64,000 bases of DNA, taken from the NCBI GenBank assembly GCA_030649895.1, contig JAUSEX010000037.1, forward strand, positions 3,815 to 67,814, written 5' to 3'. This document shows positions 15,001 through 27,000 of this stretch, in pieces. Within the stretch, counting starts at the first letter, position 1; each line of letters begins with the position of its first letter. This stretch comes from Candidatus Omnitrophota bacterium (GTDB taxonomy: Bacteria > Omnitrophota > Gorgyraeia > Gorgyraeales > Gorgyraeaceae). A program made the position numbers and the translations under genes. The notes below the pieces were generated by a model. That model was not told the origin of the DNA and did no database searches. It worked only from the letters and a program-made list of their open reading frames with translations.

Positions 15001-18000
15001 AACAGATAATAGATACAAAAGATGCAGAATATAATCCTAATCCTATGAATAAGGCAATTGAAACTACCACGTTAAAAGAATTTATACTTTTAAAATTCAT
15101 ACAGCTGAATCCGTCACAGACAAACAATCATTCAATAGGGCAATTCTCAGCTATATGGCCATTTGCTCTATATGTAGTAAGAGAAGCTAAAAATGCGCTA
15201 GATAACGAAAGGAGCCCGGAGGAAATACTTTCTATAATCACTGCTTATAAGGATGTATTTATACCTCTTGTATCGCAAGAGGTGCTTAAAAAATATAAAA
15301 AGCAGATTACTGAACGTGACCCATGGGAAGAAATTGAAGGCGCTGAAAAAATTTTATTGGATGTGTTCTCTGATCTGGACTTCTATGATTTATTTGAGCG
15401 TTTATCTAAAAAAGAAACAAATCTTTTAGATCGCTTATCTGTAAATGGAACAAGTTTTGCTTTAGTTGAAGATTTAAGAAATGCCATAACAAACGGGAGA
15501 ATTAGTCAAGACGATTTGGCTAAGGAGCTTAAAAAGCTCACTTTAGATTTATCAATGGAGGATGCTCCTGAAGCAGTGCAGGCAGACGAAGCTACTGAGA
15601 AAGGTTTAATTTTTGGTTGGTTTAAATTAGGATTAGTTCATTTATATGTCAGCAGGATATTTAAGCCATTATTCAGTTCAAAATTCTGGGGTATTGATAG
15701 CCGAGCGAAAAAGATCGGTTTTACAGTAATGCTTTTTGGCTTAACAGGCCTTGGTATAGTTATAATGCCTCATTTTCTAGCTCTCGGGGCGGTATTAATA
15801 TCTTTTGGGGTTATGCTCTCTCCTATTATATGGGGCAAGTCATCAAGCCCGAAAGAGAAAATCTTCTGGGCATCAATATTTGGCGCAACTTCAATATACA
15901 CCTTTGGCATAATGACGCACTTTTTATTCTGGAAGCTTAGCCTGGTGGCCCTTACTTTTGGCACTGTGGCTACTGGAGGATTGCTTGTCTTGGTATTTAT
16001 ACCAACTCTTATTTCCTTCTATCATCTTGCTGTTAGCTTAAGGAGCTATATAGGGTTACATAAGGAACTTTGGAGCGGCACTGCAAGGTCTTTGACAGGG
16101 TGGCGGTCAATAGCGCCTTGGCCCACAAGATGGAATAGTTTATTCAAGAAATGGTACGTGGAATTCAAGGATGTTGAAAGAGATCATATGGCGCTTACCT
16201 CTAATGGCGAGTCAATAACAGAGTATTTGGAGCGGCTCGTAAATCTTCTACATGAAAGATATCTATTCTCGGATGACGAGAAGAGCGACTGGATCAAAGC
16301 ATTGAATAGTGAAGGAAAAGAAGGAAAGTTCAGAAAACCTCGCTCACCCAAAGCATTTGAGATCCTTTATAATGCGTTCTTTGCTATAAGCCAGAAAAAG
16401 CCTGCTCCTGATGTTTATTCCTTGCTGCAGCCTACTTCTACGCATGTCCAGGCAGCAGGAGAATTATTTACACATACGTTTGAAAATAGCGCTTTATTGG
16501 GAACTTTCGACGATCACCCGCTGTTAGATGAATTAATATACAGCTTGAAACAAAGAATTGGACTTAACGACGAAGATTCGGTAAAAAATAAAAAATGGGG
16601 TGATATTAATAGTTTAGGAAAAATGCTTAGTATTGAAAAGTTAGAGAGAAGGCTAGCTGACTGCGAAAACTTGAATGAAGAAGAAAAGCAAATTATCAGA
16701 GAGCGTATTCTAGACTTTTCAGAAAAGCATAATTGGACAAGTATGAAGCGTTCGCTTTTGGGTTACATGGCAAGAACCCAAAAGCCAGAGTGGGAAAATC
16801 TAATGGATAGGATAAAACAACAGATAATAAAAGACAAAGACAAAGAAACATTTCTTGAGGAATTAAGAGGGATAACGGAAAAATACGATATATATACTTT
16901 ATTGTTCGTAACAAACTATGGATTAACGCAGGAAGAAAGGCAATTTATTATAGAGTCTATGATGAAATGGCTCAATGAACTGCGTCCTACTGATGCGGCT
17001 GTTATTGAATCTATGGCATTGGATTATGTGGAATATCATTTATCAATATCTTATCAGTCAGGCGATTTAGAATACCATGGAGCAGCAAGAGAAATCTCTA
17101 TGAAATACCCGTCTCTTAAAGAGGCCTATGAAGTAATAAGTTCTAAAGCTGAAGGAGATAGAGACAATACAGAAAAAATCTTTTTTAGCGGATACAAAAA
17201 GTATAAATTTCTTGTCAGTATCAAGCTTAGACAGCTATTCCAGGACCAGACTGTATGGGCAGCTGATGCTGATTTGGCAAAGAATAGAATACCGCCTGTA
17301 GATAAGTTTGTAAAAAGTTTAAAAAATATACAAAAGGATACTGCGACTTCTGATATTATTAGAGAACTTTTAAGTGGCGGAGATATGAACCCTCTTCTAA
17401 AGTATAACATTACTGATTTAGATGATTGGGCAGAGAAATTTATCAGCTGGAGAAGAGCAAACTACGATAATATTGTCGCTCTGATTAATGCTTATTCTGC
17501 GCTTGCAGATGATTGGAATAAGATTTCTTCTCAATTAGCAACTATGGTTCATCAGAGTAGCAGTTCCGGCGTAAAATACGCTTTTTATAAACAAGAAGAT
17601 AATTTTATTCCCAAACTTAAGAATCCAGGCATAGGGAATGAGCTGTGGTTATATTATGGGAAATCAGTGAACTTTGATGCTCATGTAAGGAATTATCCGG
17701 GCCAGAATGTCTGGAGGTTTAACTGGGCGGCTCTGCAGGGAAGAAATCCCAATATAGCAGTAGTTAATACAATGATGAAGATATGGGCGAGCAGCAACAG
17801 CGCCTTTCCTGCAACTAATATCTATTCCATAGCACAGGAGGTCTTTACCTCGGATGTCCAGAGGGCAAGAAGAGGCATGCTGACTTTTTATGGCAAGGCC
17901 TGTGTGGTGCCGCAGGCAGTCAGCGTAGTTACTCCTCCTGGAGAAGATTCTGCGGCATTTCTTTTGCTTCAGAGGACAAATCCTTCATATACATCTACCC

Positions 18001-21000
18001 AGATAGACTGGTTTGGCTTTGAATGGGGAAGGATGTCATTCGCAGGCTCTATCATAGGGACAGAGATGAGGTATGCTTATAATGTTACGAGATTTTTGAT
18101 GGATAGGGGCCAGTTTGAATTGTTTTATAATAAAGATTTAGGATTCGACAAAAAATTATCTCATTTATTCCTATGGGCTCACTATTTTGTAGTGCCTTTC
18201 TCCCTAGGATTACTAGTGCTTCTTCCTATTCTTGCGCCATTTAGCGCATTTGCTTTTTTGACGCCTGTTATCTTTTTCGTAGCCGCGAGCTTTCTCCTTA
18301 TGGAAGCAATAAACACTAATAATTTTGTAAGGCACTGGAGGCAGACAGGCAATCTATGGGTTGCTGCTGTTTATACTATAAAAGATATTGTCCGAGCTTT
18401 TCCATTATATGTCGTGCTGTTGCCTTTCTTCTTGAGAGGGGTATGGTCTGCTTCCAAAGAGATATTTTCTTTTATAAGGACACAAAAGGAAGCGCGCCTT
18501 GCAATGGAAAATAAAAAAGATTGGTATAGCGATAAAATGCTATTTAAACTCTGGAATAAAAGCGGATTTCCTTTCAGCGGCGTTGTGGGCATATGGGGGC
18601 TTATCTCTTGGGTGGCAGCATTATTTACCATGACCCCCTGGGGGCCTATTATTTTACTGCCTTATCTCATGGCGTCTATTGCTTTCTTAACAGGCATGTA
18701 TGTATTTACAACGTCTGCTGATAGTAAAGGGAATTTAAAAGGCATGAGCTTGTCGGCTTTATTCCGGATGCTGCCCTATTCAATCGGAAAGACTATTTAT
18801 TATCTCTGGTTATTTGGTAAAGATAGGATAGGAAAATTTAGAAATAAGCCGTCTGCGCCAGCTGCGCCAACAGGTACCATAGGCAGTGAAGGTTCGGAAA
18901 AATATATACCAGGTATCAGGACCAGCAAACTAAGCGAAGACGCCAGAGTTTTAGTGCAGGCGAAGATTGGCGAAATAGAATCAAGGGTCAAAAATGCTTC
19001 TAACTTGAATATTGACGAGAGAAGTAAAATTAGCGACGCTATTTTAAAACTCAGGGAATATTTTGCCAGAGGCGATATTGTATCTTTCACTGCATTCGTT
19101 AATGGCCCTGAAGATTATTTACTTGCCTTTGCTACCTCTGCCCAGATTGTAATTATGAGCGATTTCTTTAATCGTCCGGAACTTCATACATATCTCGACG
19201 AAGTTCTTTTCCATGAAGCTTATGTAGCAGCGCACGGAGAGAAAGACTATGAAGCCCACCGCGCGATATACTTAGGTATCCAGAGAAAGATATTCGGCGA
19301 AGAAAACCCATTAAAAGGAATATTAAGAGAGATAATAAATAGCAAAAATCAAGCCAACGAATCAAGCGCTGCTGTGGGTTTAGCAGGGAAGAAAGGTTCA
19401 GCTGCAAGATCTTTCAGAGCTTTGCTTGACAGGTTATTTGGCAGAGAAGAGCGGTTAGGCCGCTTGAAGGTGTTAAGAGAGGTAGCATCTGAGCTTAACG
19501 ATGAAACTATAGCAGAGATGGTATATACGTTTGCAACAGATTTTCTGGGAGACGAAAGTAAGGTCCTGATAGGCGATACGCCAGGGGATCCGGTCATGCA
19601 GGTTAAAATTATTCTCGGAGCAAACGGAGAGATAGAGAAAAAGACACTTCAGGTTCATAAGATGTTCCTGGATAGGGTTATAAGCAAGGAAGGGACGCCT
19701 GAATATGATACCTATAAGAAGATACTTAAGTTTCTGTTGATTAAAGAAGGCGAACATTACAAAACTTCTTCCAGTTATGACCTTATTAAGATCGCGCATC
19801 TTAAGAGACAATACGAGCAAAATCCAAAAGATATAGAAGCTGCAAAGAGACTGGCTGCAATACAGATGTATTACGAAGCGGATAAATACGGGATGCTTTA
19901 TGACAATCTTCTTAGCCAGGGCATCACCGCTGAAGGCCTCAAGGAAATAGCCAATCAAGAGAATGACGAGTTCCTGAGAGATGTCCTGTCAGGCCTTGCT
20001 GGCTTAATGACGAATTACGAAAAATCCGGATACTTAGCGATAGCTAAAGACCTTGCCCAGGGCACAGGATACATTGCGGAATCAGTACGAGCAGCTCTAA
20101 CTGATGAAAGATTCAGCAATAATCTTGCGGAGTTGACTGATAAGTCTGGATTAGAAGATTATTATAGGTATGTAGAAACAGGGGTCAAGGAAATGCCTTA
20201 CAAGAAAGGACTTGTTTTTGGCTCTTCTAATCTTTTAGTCCAAACCCCTAAGAGGTTGCTTGAGGATATATATGCTCAGATAGAGGAAGGGCAGATAAAA
20301 AATGATAACTTGGAAAAACTCAAAGAAGGATATGCGGTTATTATATGCAGATTAGCTGCAACTGACGTTAAAACTTTTGATCTCCTGGAAGAAGGGCTCA
20401 ATAGGCTGCTTGACTCAGAAATGGTAAGGCGAAAAGCGGAAAAAACAGTCAACGGCTCTACTATGGTGTTTGTTAATATCGTTGATAAAAACGCGAATGA
20501 ACTTTTAAAATTTTTACTAGCTGAACTGCGCAAAGCAGCGCCTGTGTATTCCGGGAAAATAGAGAAGCTTTATCAGAATCTTGCGGCCGGAGATTTACCG
20601 CGGGATTCGCAGGGAAACTTCAGAGCCTTTACTAAAGAGGAATTAACCGAAAGGTTAAAGGCCCGGGCAGAAGAGATTAAAAAGGCTCGTCACAGCTTGA
20701 AGGGATACAGGATAGATCAGGCAGTGAGCATGCTAATAGAGTTATTGGAAGGCAGTAAACTGAGCGAACGAGAGCTAAATGAGCTTTATCCGGATATTGC
20801 TAGCGCATTATATGGGGAATACGAAAAACTGCAGGGCGCTTTTATGTTATACCCACAGGTGGTAAAGGCTATTACGGAAAGATTTCCTGGAGCGCATAAG
20901 GTATTTATTGCCAGAGATGCCGGGGTATTTTACGAAGCCGCATATCTGTATAGTTTAATAAATGGAATAAAACTTGATTCATCTCTGGTTTATGCAGGCG

Positions 21001-24000
21001 GTGTTGACGTAGCAGGGATGGGGAATCTCTCTCACAGTATATATATCCTGCGCCAGCTAGTCGAGACAGCAAAAACGCGAGGGTATCCAGAAGAAGAAGT
21101 GGAGAAAATAGTGAAAAAAGCGATAGAAAATCGTTTGAATCCTGAAAGCAAGAATTTTGATAGGCTGTTCGCAGATGATACTGAAAGACTATTCCAGATA
21201 ATTAGAGAGTCCGGCATACTGGAACATGAAAACGAGGTTCTTATAGATACCTTTAGCTCAGGAGCCACCCCGTTATTTATTAAATACGCTATCGAACGCC
21301 TGAGGCAAGACAAGGTAAGCCCGAAGATATTCATACTAAAAAGTAAGTACGGATTTTTTGACAATCTAAAAAATGCGGGGTTTGACTGGGGCTTCATCAA
21401 TAAAGTTACCCAGGAATATAAAAAGACGCATCCTGTTATGCCAGGCCTTAAATTAGCCCAGCCTGAGGCGGAGTTATTTTCATATCTGCGCGCCATGATA
21501 ACTTATAACGCTATGGTAGAATACAAGAGCCGAGTTATTGCTGCTAGAGGCGGATTTATCCGCGAAGGTGATGCACGCTTTTTTTTTGGAACGAAAAAGA
21601 AAACGCTTACTCCTGCTAGCGGAACAGCTGCCAAAGGTAAGGCCTTGCTTCCTCCTCATGAGCATGGAAGCGTAAATAGAGCTATAGCGCAAGCGCGTTC
21701 AGAAAATCGCGGATATATTATACAAAGAAGCGGCACTAAACTCGCGAGGGGGTGGAAAGATGGAAAATACGCGGATAAAATTAAACTTAGAAAGGCGATT
21801 GAACTTTTAATGGTGGAGCATATTCGTGAATTAGGTAGAATAGTTTTACCAAGCGGTTTGGGCGAAATTATACTAGCTGAAGACCTCGGCGCCCTTAATA
21901 TTATTTTGATCCAGCCTCGCAATAAATCTCCAGGTTTGATGGTAGAAAGCAAGAATGCCTTCCATGTTGCGCACCCAGGGATATCCTATAATTCTATTTA
22001 TATTGATAGACTTACCTTTGACCAGCTTGATATTCGGGAACTGGCCGCCTTAATCCTTTACGAAATAATAGAATTAAAAACTAAGAATTTGTCTTTGGGG
22101 AAAAAACGAAATTGGAGACCAGAACTGGCAGAAGAAATCCATCGATTAGCCGAAGAATACGAACAAATTATCGTTGGGCCAAGTCAAACCGGGACCGGCA
22201 GCCTTCTGGATGATAAGGTCCAGCAAATTTTAGAGGATTCTTTTGTCTTTAGAATTCAAAATTTAATTGATCCTTATATGAGCGAATTAAAGCCGCTTCT
22301 TGATAAATATCATAGAATGGCTACGGAAATTAAAGAGGCTGAAGCAATAATAGCGGAAGAAGCCGAGAGAGTAAAGGCCTTGCTGAACGAATTATCCAGC
22401 CTTTCAAGAGATAGAATTAAATCACTGCATGAAGAATTGAAGAGTCTTATGGAAGCATATTCTGGAGAAAATGCTGCGAAAACAGAATCAGCCAGAAAGA
22501 TAATAGAAAAAAGAGAAATCAATAAAGTTATAGATAAGATCAATGTTTTTTCGAGGGTTCCAGAAAATCAGATTGAGTTAGCTGAAGCCGGAGATGTAGG
22601 AAGTTTAGACGAATTTTTAGAAAGAAGCGATGCCGATGAATATATAAAACGGGCTGAAGATAGCATTATTCATGGCGAGCATGTTGTAGAATTCTTCTTT
22701 GCGGGAGCAGCCACCCGCTTTATAGAAGACCTCAGGGCATCAGGCAGGACAATAGAAAAGAAAGACGAACCACAATACCGTATGTATGGACTGGATATCT
22801 GGGATTTTGCCGGCCCGGCCAGAAAAGATTCTTCAGACTTAGGTTTAGGAATGGCGCAAAGGCAGCTATTTGCGTATAGAACTTTCCTGAAAAACTTGGC
22901 CCTGAAAAAAGGATTACATCCCGATGAGGTTCTGAAGCGCCAACGCCTTATTTTGCATATAAATGAAGATGTCGAAGAGATGGTTTTGAAGGACTTTATG
23001 GATAATGTTTTCTATGGTTTTGATCCAGATAATATTTTCTTTATGGTGCAGGAAACTTTACACGGGTATTCCCTTAAAGACGGTAAAATAGTTTTTGCCG
23101 AAGATAGCCCAAAACTTCCTTTTGGACATGGTTACGCCACAGAGCAATTGAACGTACCAGGTGTCGCTTTTCACCTTAAGGTAAAAAATGGAATAATGCA
23201 CAGAGAATATCTTTCAGAAGCAGTTTTGACAGAACTGGAACTTAAAACCGCCGGTTATTATATCGATACTCATAGAGTTAATGATTTGACTAAATTTTTA
23301 GTTGATGAGGTAGTGGATGTAAGAAAACTCGCCTTTAAAATATTTCTTATTGAACAAGAAAATGACGTCATTATAGAGCTGGTAGAAAACCCTGGAAAAC
23401 AAAAAGGGGGTAATCTTATCAAGGATAAAAGAACCGGCAAATACTTTCTTATAGAGACTTCTAATACAGAAGGCTCAGACCGGTTAAAGGAATTGCTGAC
23501 CAAGGCAAGCGAAGACAGTGCGCCTTATAACGCCTTTAGAATTATGTATAGACGTAGAGGCTTAGAGGAACTGTTAAAGAAGAGATTCCCTTATAACCTG
23601 CGATTTAAAAATGGCTATTTCTACTTGGAAGCAGTTACAGGAGACATAACTCAATTGGAAGAGGCCAACGCAGCTGCCTTTAAAGAAAAAGGCGCGGTTA
23701 TCAAAGACTTCAAACGACTGGGAGATTTAGGAATTGCTATTCCTGTATTGACAAAGAGTGATAAGGACCTTGCTGATGTAGTCAACCAGACAAGACATAA
23801 ACAAAGTTTGGCTGGTAGAAAGTTAAAAGACGTAATATCGCGACTACTTAGGCAAGGCCTTCCTCATGATTTTATAGAAAGAGCTATTTTATCAATGCCG
23901 CTTGAACATACTTCATCGGATACCGTGTCTGTGGATAGGCTTGTGGCTCAGATTGTGGAATGGCGCACTTTGATGGATAATTGTCTCGCAGAAAAAGGAG

Positions 24001-27000
24001 AGATACGAGTAGCTATAAAAAATCCAAAAGATGTTTATTATAAAGATGTGCCCGAAGAAGAAATCCCCTCATCTATTGACTATACGGAACTTACGATCGT
24101 TTCTAGAGATAGGCCGGGATTGGTCAGAGATATAGAGACCGTAATTGCTGAATACGGGGGCAATTTAACACGGCCGGCATTTGGGGCGATGAATGATGAA
24201 GGAATGGCGCGGTTGATTTATGAAATTAACCATGCTGAACGAAAAAATGCTTTTAATAGTAGAGAAATAGAAGAATTACGAAAAGCACTTTTAAAAATAA
24301 AGGTCGGCTTGGCGCCTCTTTCTATTAAACCAGAGTATGGATTCGAGGGTTGGAGAAAGGTCGAAGGGGATGCGGATGCTTATGAAGGAAAATTAGTTAT
24401 TGATGGCAATGTCATGGATCTGAAAGTTGTAAAATCTGCAAGTTCTTTCGAATATTTTCTGGGGTATGAAGGGGGGCCTGCGGGGTATGCTAGGATTTTA
24501 TTTAACAACAAAAAGCTTAAAGTCCATTATTTAGAACTTTCCCCTTCGTTTAGAAAGGCGATTGGCGATATTTCAGCAGCCAAAGTATTAATGAATATTA
24601 TGATCAGAGATTTATTCTTTATCGGAAGCCAGGATTTATCAGGGCTAATAGTCCAGGTAGTCATGAATGAAGATTCATCTACGCCTAAAGTAAATAATCT
24701 AATCGGAGGATTCGGGATAACCGAGTTTAACAGAGAAAAAGTAATGTCTATAATAATGGATGAAAAATCTAAAATTAGTATCGAAGAGACTAAGGCTCCT
24801 CATGAAGGCGTGCCGTATTTCAGGGTAGTATTGGAAGGAAAGCTGCCGCTAAAGATTTTTCTTAAAGCACGTTTAGAATATTCGTACAAAGACAAAAGGA
24901 CTTGGATTATTAGCAGGAAGATTTACGAACAAATGGAATCAGATGCAAGGTATAAACTAGGACAGGCTCCTCTGCAAGTCAAAGAACAGGCCCGGCTTAA
25001 AGGAGAATTAGCAAGAAGGCTCCAAGAAGACGAGGTTTTTGTCGGAGGAGTTGATTTTTATATGGATCCTGACAAAGTAGAGTGGCTTGAAGAGCATACT
25101 GCATCGTTGCCAGAGAATCCTTGGTTAGTAATTGATGACCTTGGTTCTGCTCATGCTCCAAGAGAGCAAAATGCGCCATCTCTTTTAGCCAATCTTTTCA
25201 CCGGAAAATGGAGTAAGTTTAATTGGGCGACAAGGGCTGTTTTTTCACTTGCTATAGTGCCGCATGAGGTTGGACATCTTTTTATGGCAAAAATAACCAA
25301 AACCCCTTTATTAAGAAAACTCTATATAGAAGATTTATCCAGTAAGATGCCTATAGCCGAAAGAGCCTCTCCAATAGTTCATTTAGCAGGATTGTTTGTA
25401 AATGCCTCTGTCGCTATTGCTTCAGCCTTTACTTTGCATTTCTTTGGCCACGCAGTTATAGATTTTACAAATCCTTTAGCTGGAATCCTCTCTTACGTCT
25501 TTCTTGCCAATAGCATTCTTTTTGCCTTAGAAATAATATTAGATGCTACCACTAAGCTTAGAGGAGATGTAACTAACGCAATTTTTGGACGCTCAGGATT
25601 TGCTAGTCAAATTAATGTACAGAGAGCTAAAAATATATTTTTCACATTCAAGGAATATATGAACGAGGCCTTGTATAACCCGGATTGGGGGTATTATGCA
25701 AGCGGCCGCGTAAAAATAGGGACTGTCAGAAAGGGGAGCGATTTTATTACTTACCCTTTGAAGCTATCTCCGCTATTTGGCGGAATGATTGCTGAACAGG
25801 CATTTAAGATGTGGGAGGGGATGGTCAGGGCAGGCACAATTACAGAAAATGAACAGTTTACTATTTTAGAGTTTGGCGGCGGAGACGGAACGCTGGCTTA
25901 TGATATTCTTTCACGCGCAAGCCAGAAGGCCCTGGATAATCCTGACTGGGCAAAGTTTTACAGAGCCCTACTTTATACTATAGGTGACCGCTCGCCTCCC
26001 TTGATTGAAATCCAAAAAAAGAAAAATGCGCGGTTTAATGGTAAATTTAATACGGTTTTAGTTGATGCGCTGAATCCTCTCGAGGGAGGCGTTTTCAAGC
26101 CCTCCTCTATAAAAGGCCTGATTCTTTCCAATGAATTGCTGGACGTTTCCGGCCACCAGAAACTTATCGTTTATCCGGACGGAGATATCAAGGTAACGCT
26201 ATCTATCCCAAAAATATCTTTAGCCTTGCTAGGCAATTTACCTAAAGACAAACAGAATGAGTTAGTTAAAAGAAATGAAGAGTTAATCTCGGAATTTAAG
26301 CTCCCTTTAACCGACGGGATATATCTTTCCAGGGATGATTTCTTGGCCCTGAAGGCTTATCTTAGGGATCTGGGCCCTGAGCAGGAGAATCTGTTTAATC
26401 AGGAAATAAGATTTATAGAAATTTATATTGACCCTATATATGTTCCGGAGGTCCTTAGCTATATTCAGGAGAATAAAGAAAGCATAGATGGATTTGTAGC
26501 TGATAATGAAAAGCCATTCGCTGTTTATATTAATCCTGATGGGGCGGGATACATCCAGGGCGCCGGAGAGATCCTGGATAAAGGCTACATCCTGACCATA
26601 GATTATGGCGGGTTATCGGATTATATTCTTGACCCTCAATATGAGCACCTTCTTATAATAAAAAATGGCTCAAGGGACGCTGATCCCTATAGCCTTCCTG
26701 GCCAACGAGATATCTCCGCTGAACAAAATTTTACTGATCTGGCAGCCGCTGGCCAAAAGATAGGGCTCAATACAGTATTTTACGGTAACCAGGCCCATCT
26801 TGAAGAAGGCGTGACTCCTTTAACGAGCCAATCTCTTTTGGAGGAGCTGGCAAAAAGGTTTCAGGGCCAGGAGCCTGGCTTATCTTCAGAGGAGGCTATG
26901 AAAAAAGCCAGGAGAGAAGTTGATGAATTCAGGCTTAGCGGAATCATTAATGATCCAGGTAGGAGCCCGTATAAGATGCTCATTCAACAGAAACCAGGGA

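Noticed and set aside
25986-26000. DRSPP as a third arrest-like motif
   Set aside because: It falls at the conserved E.SP position of MidA-family methyltransferases.
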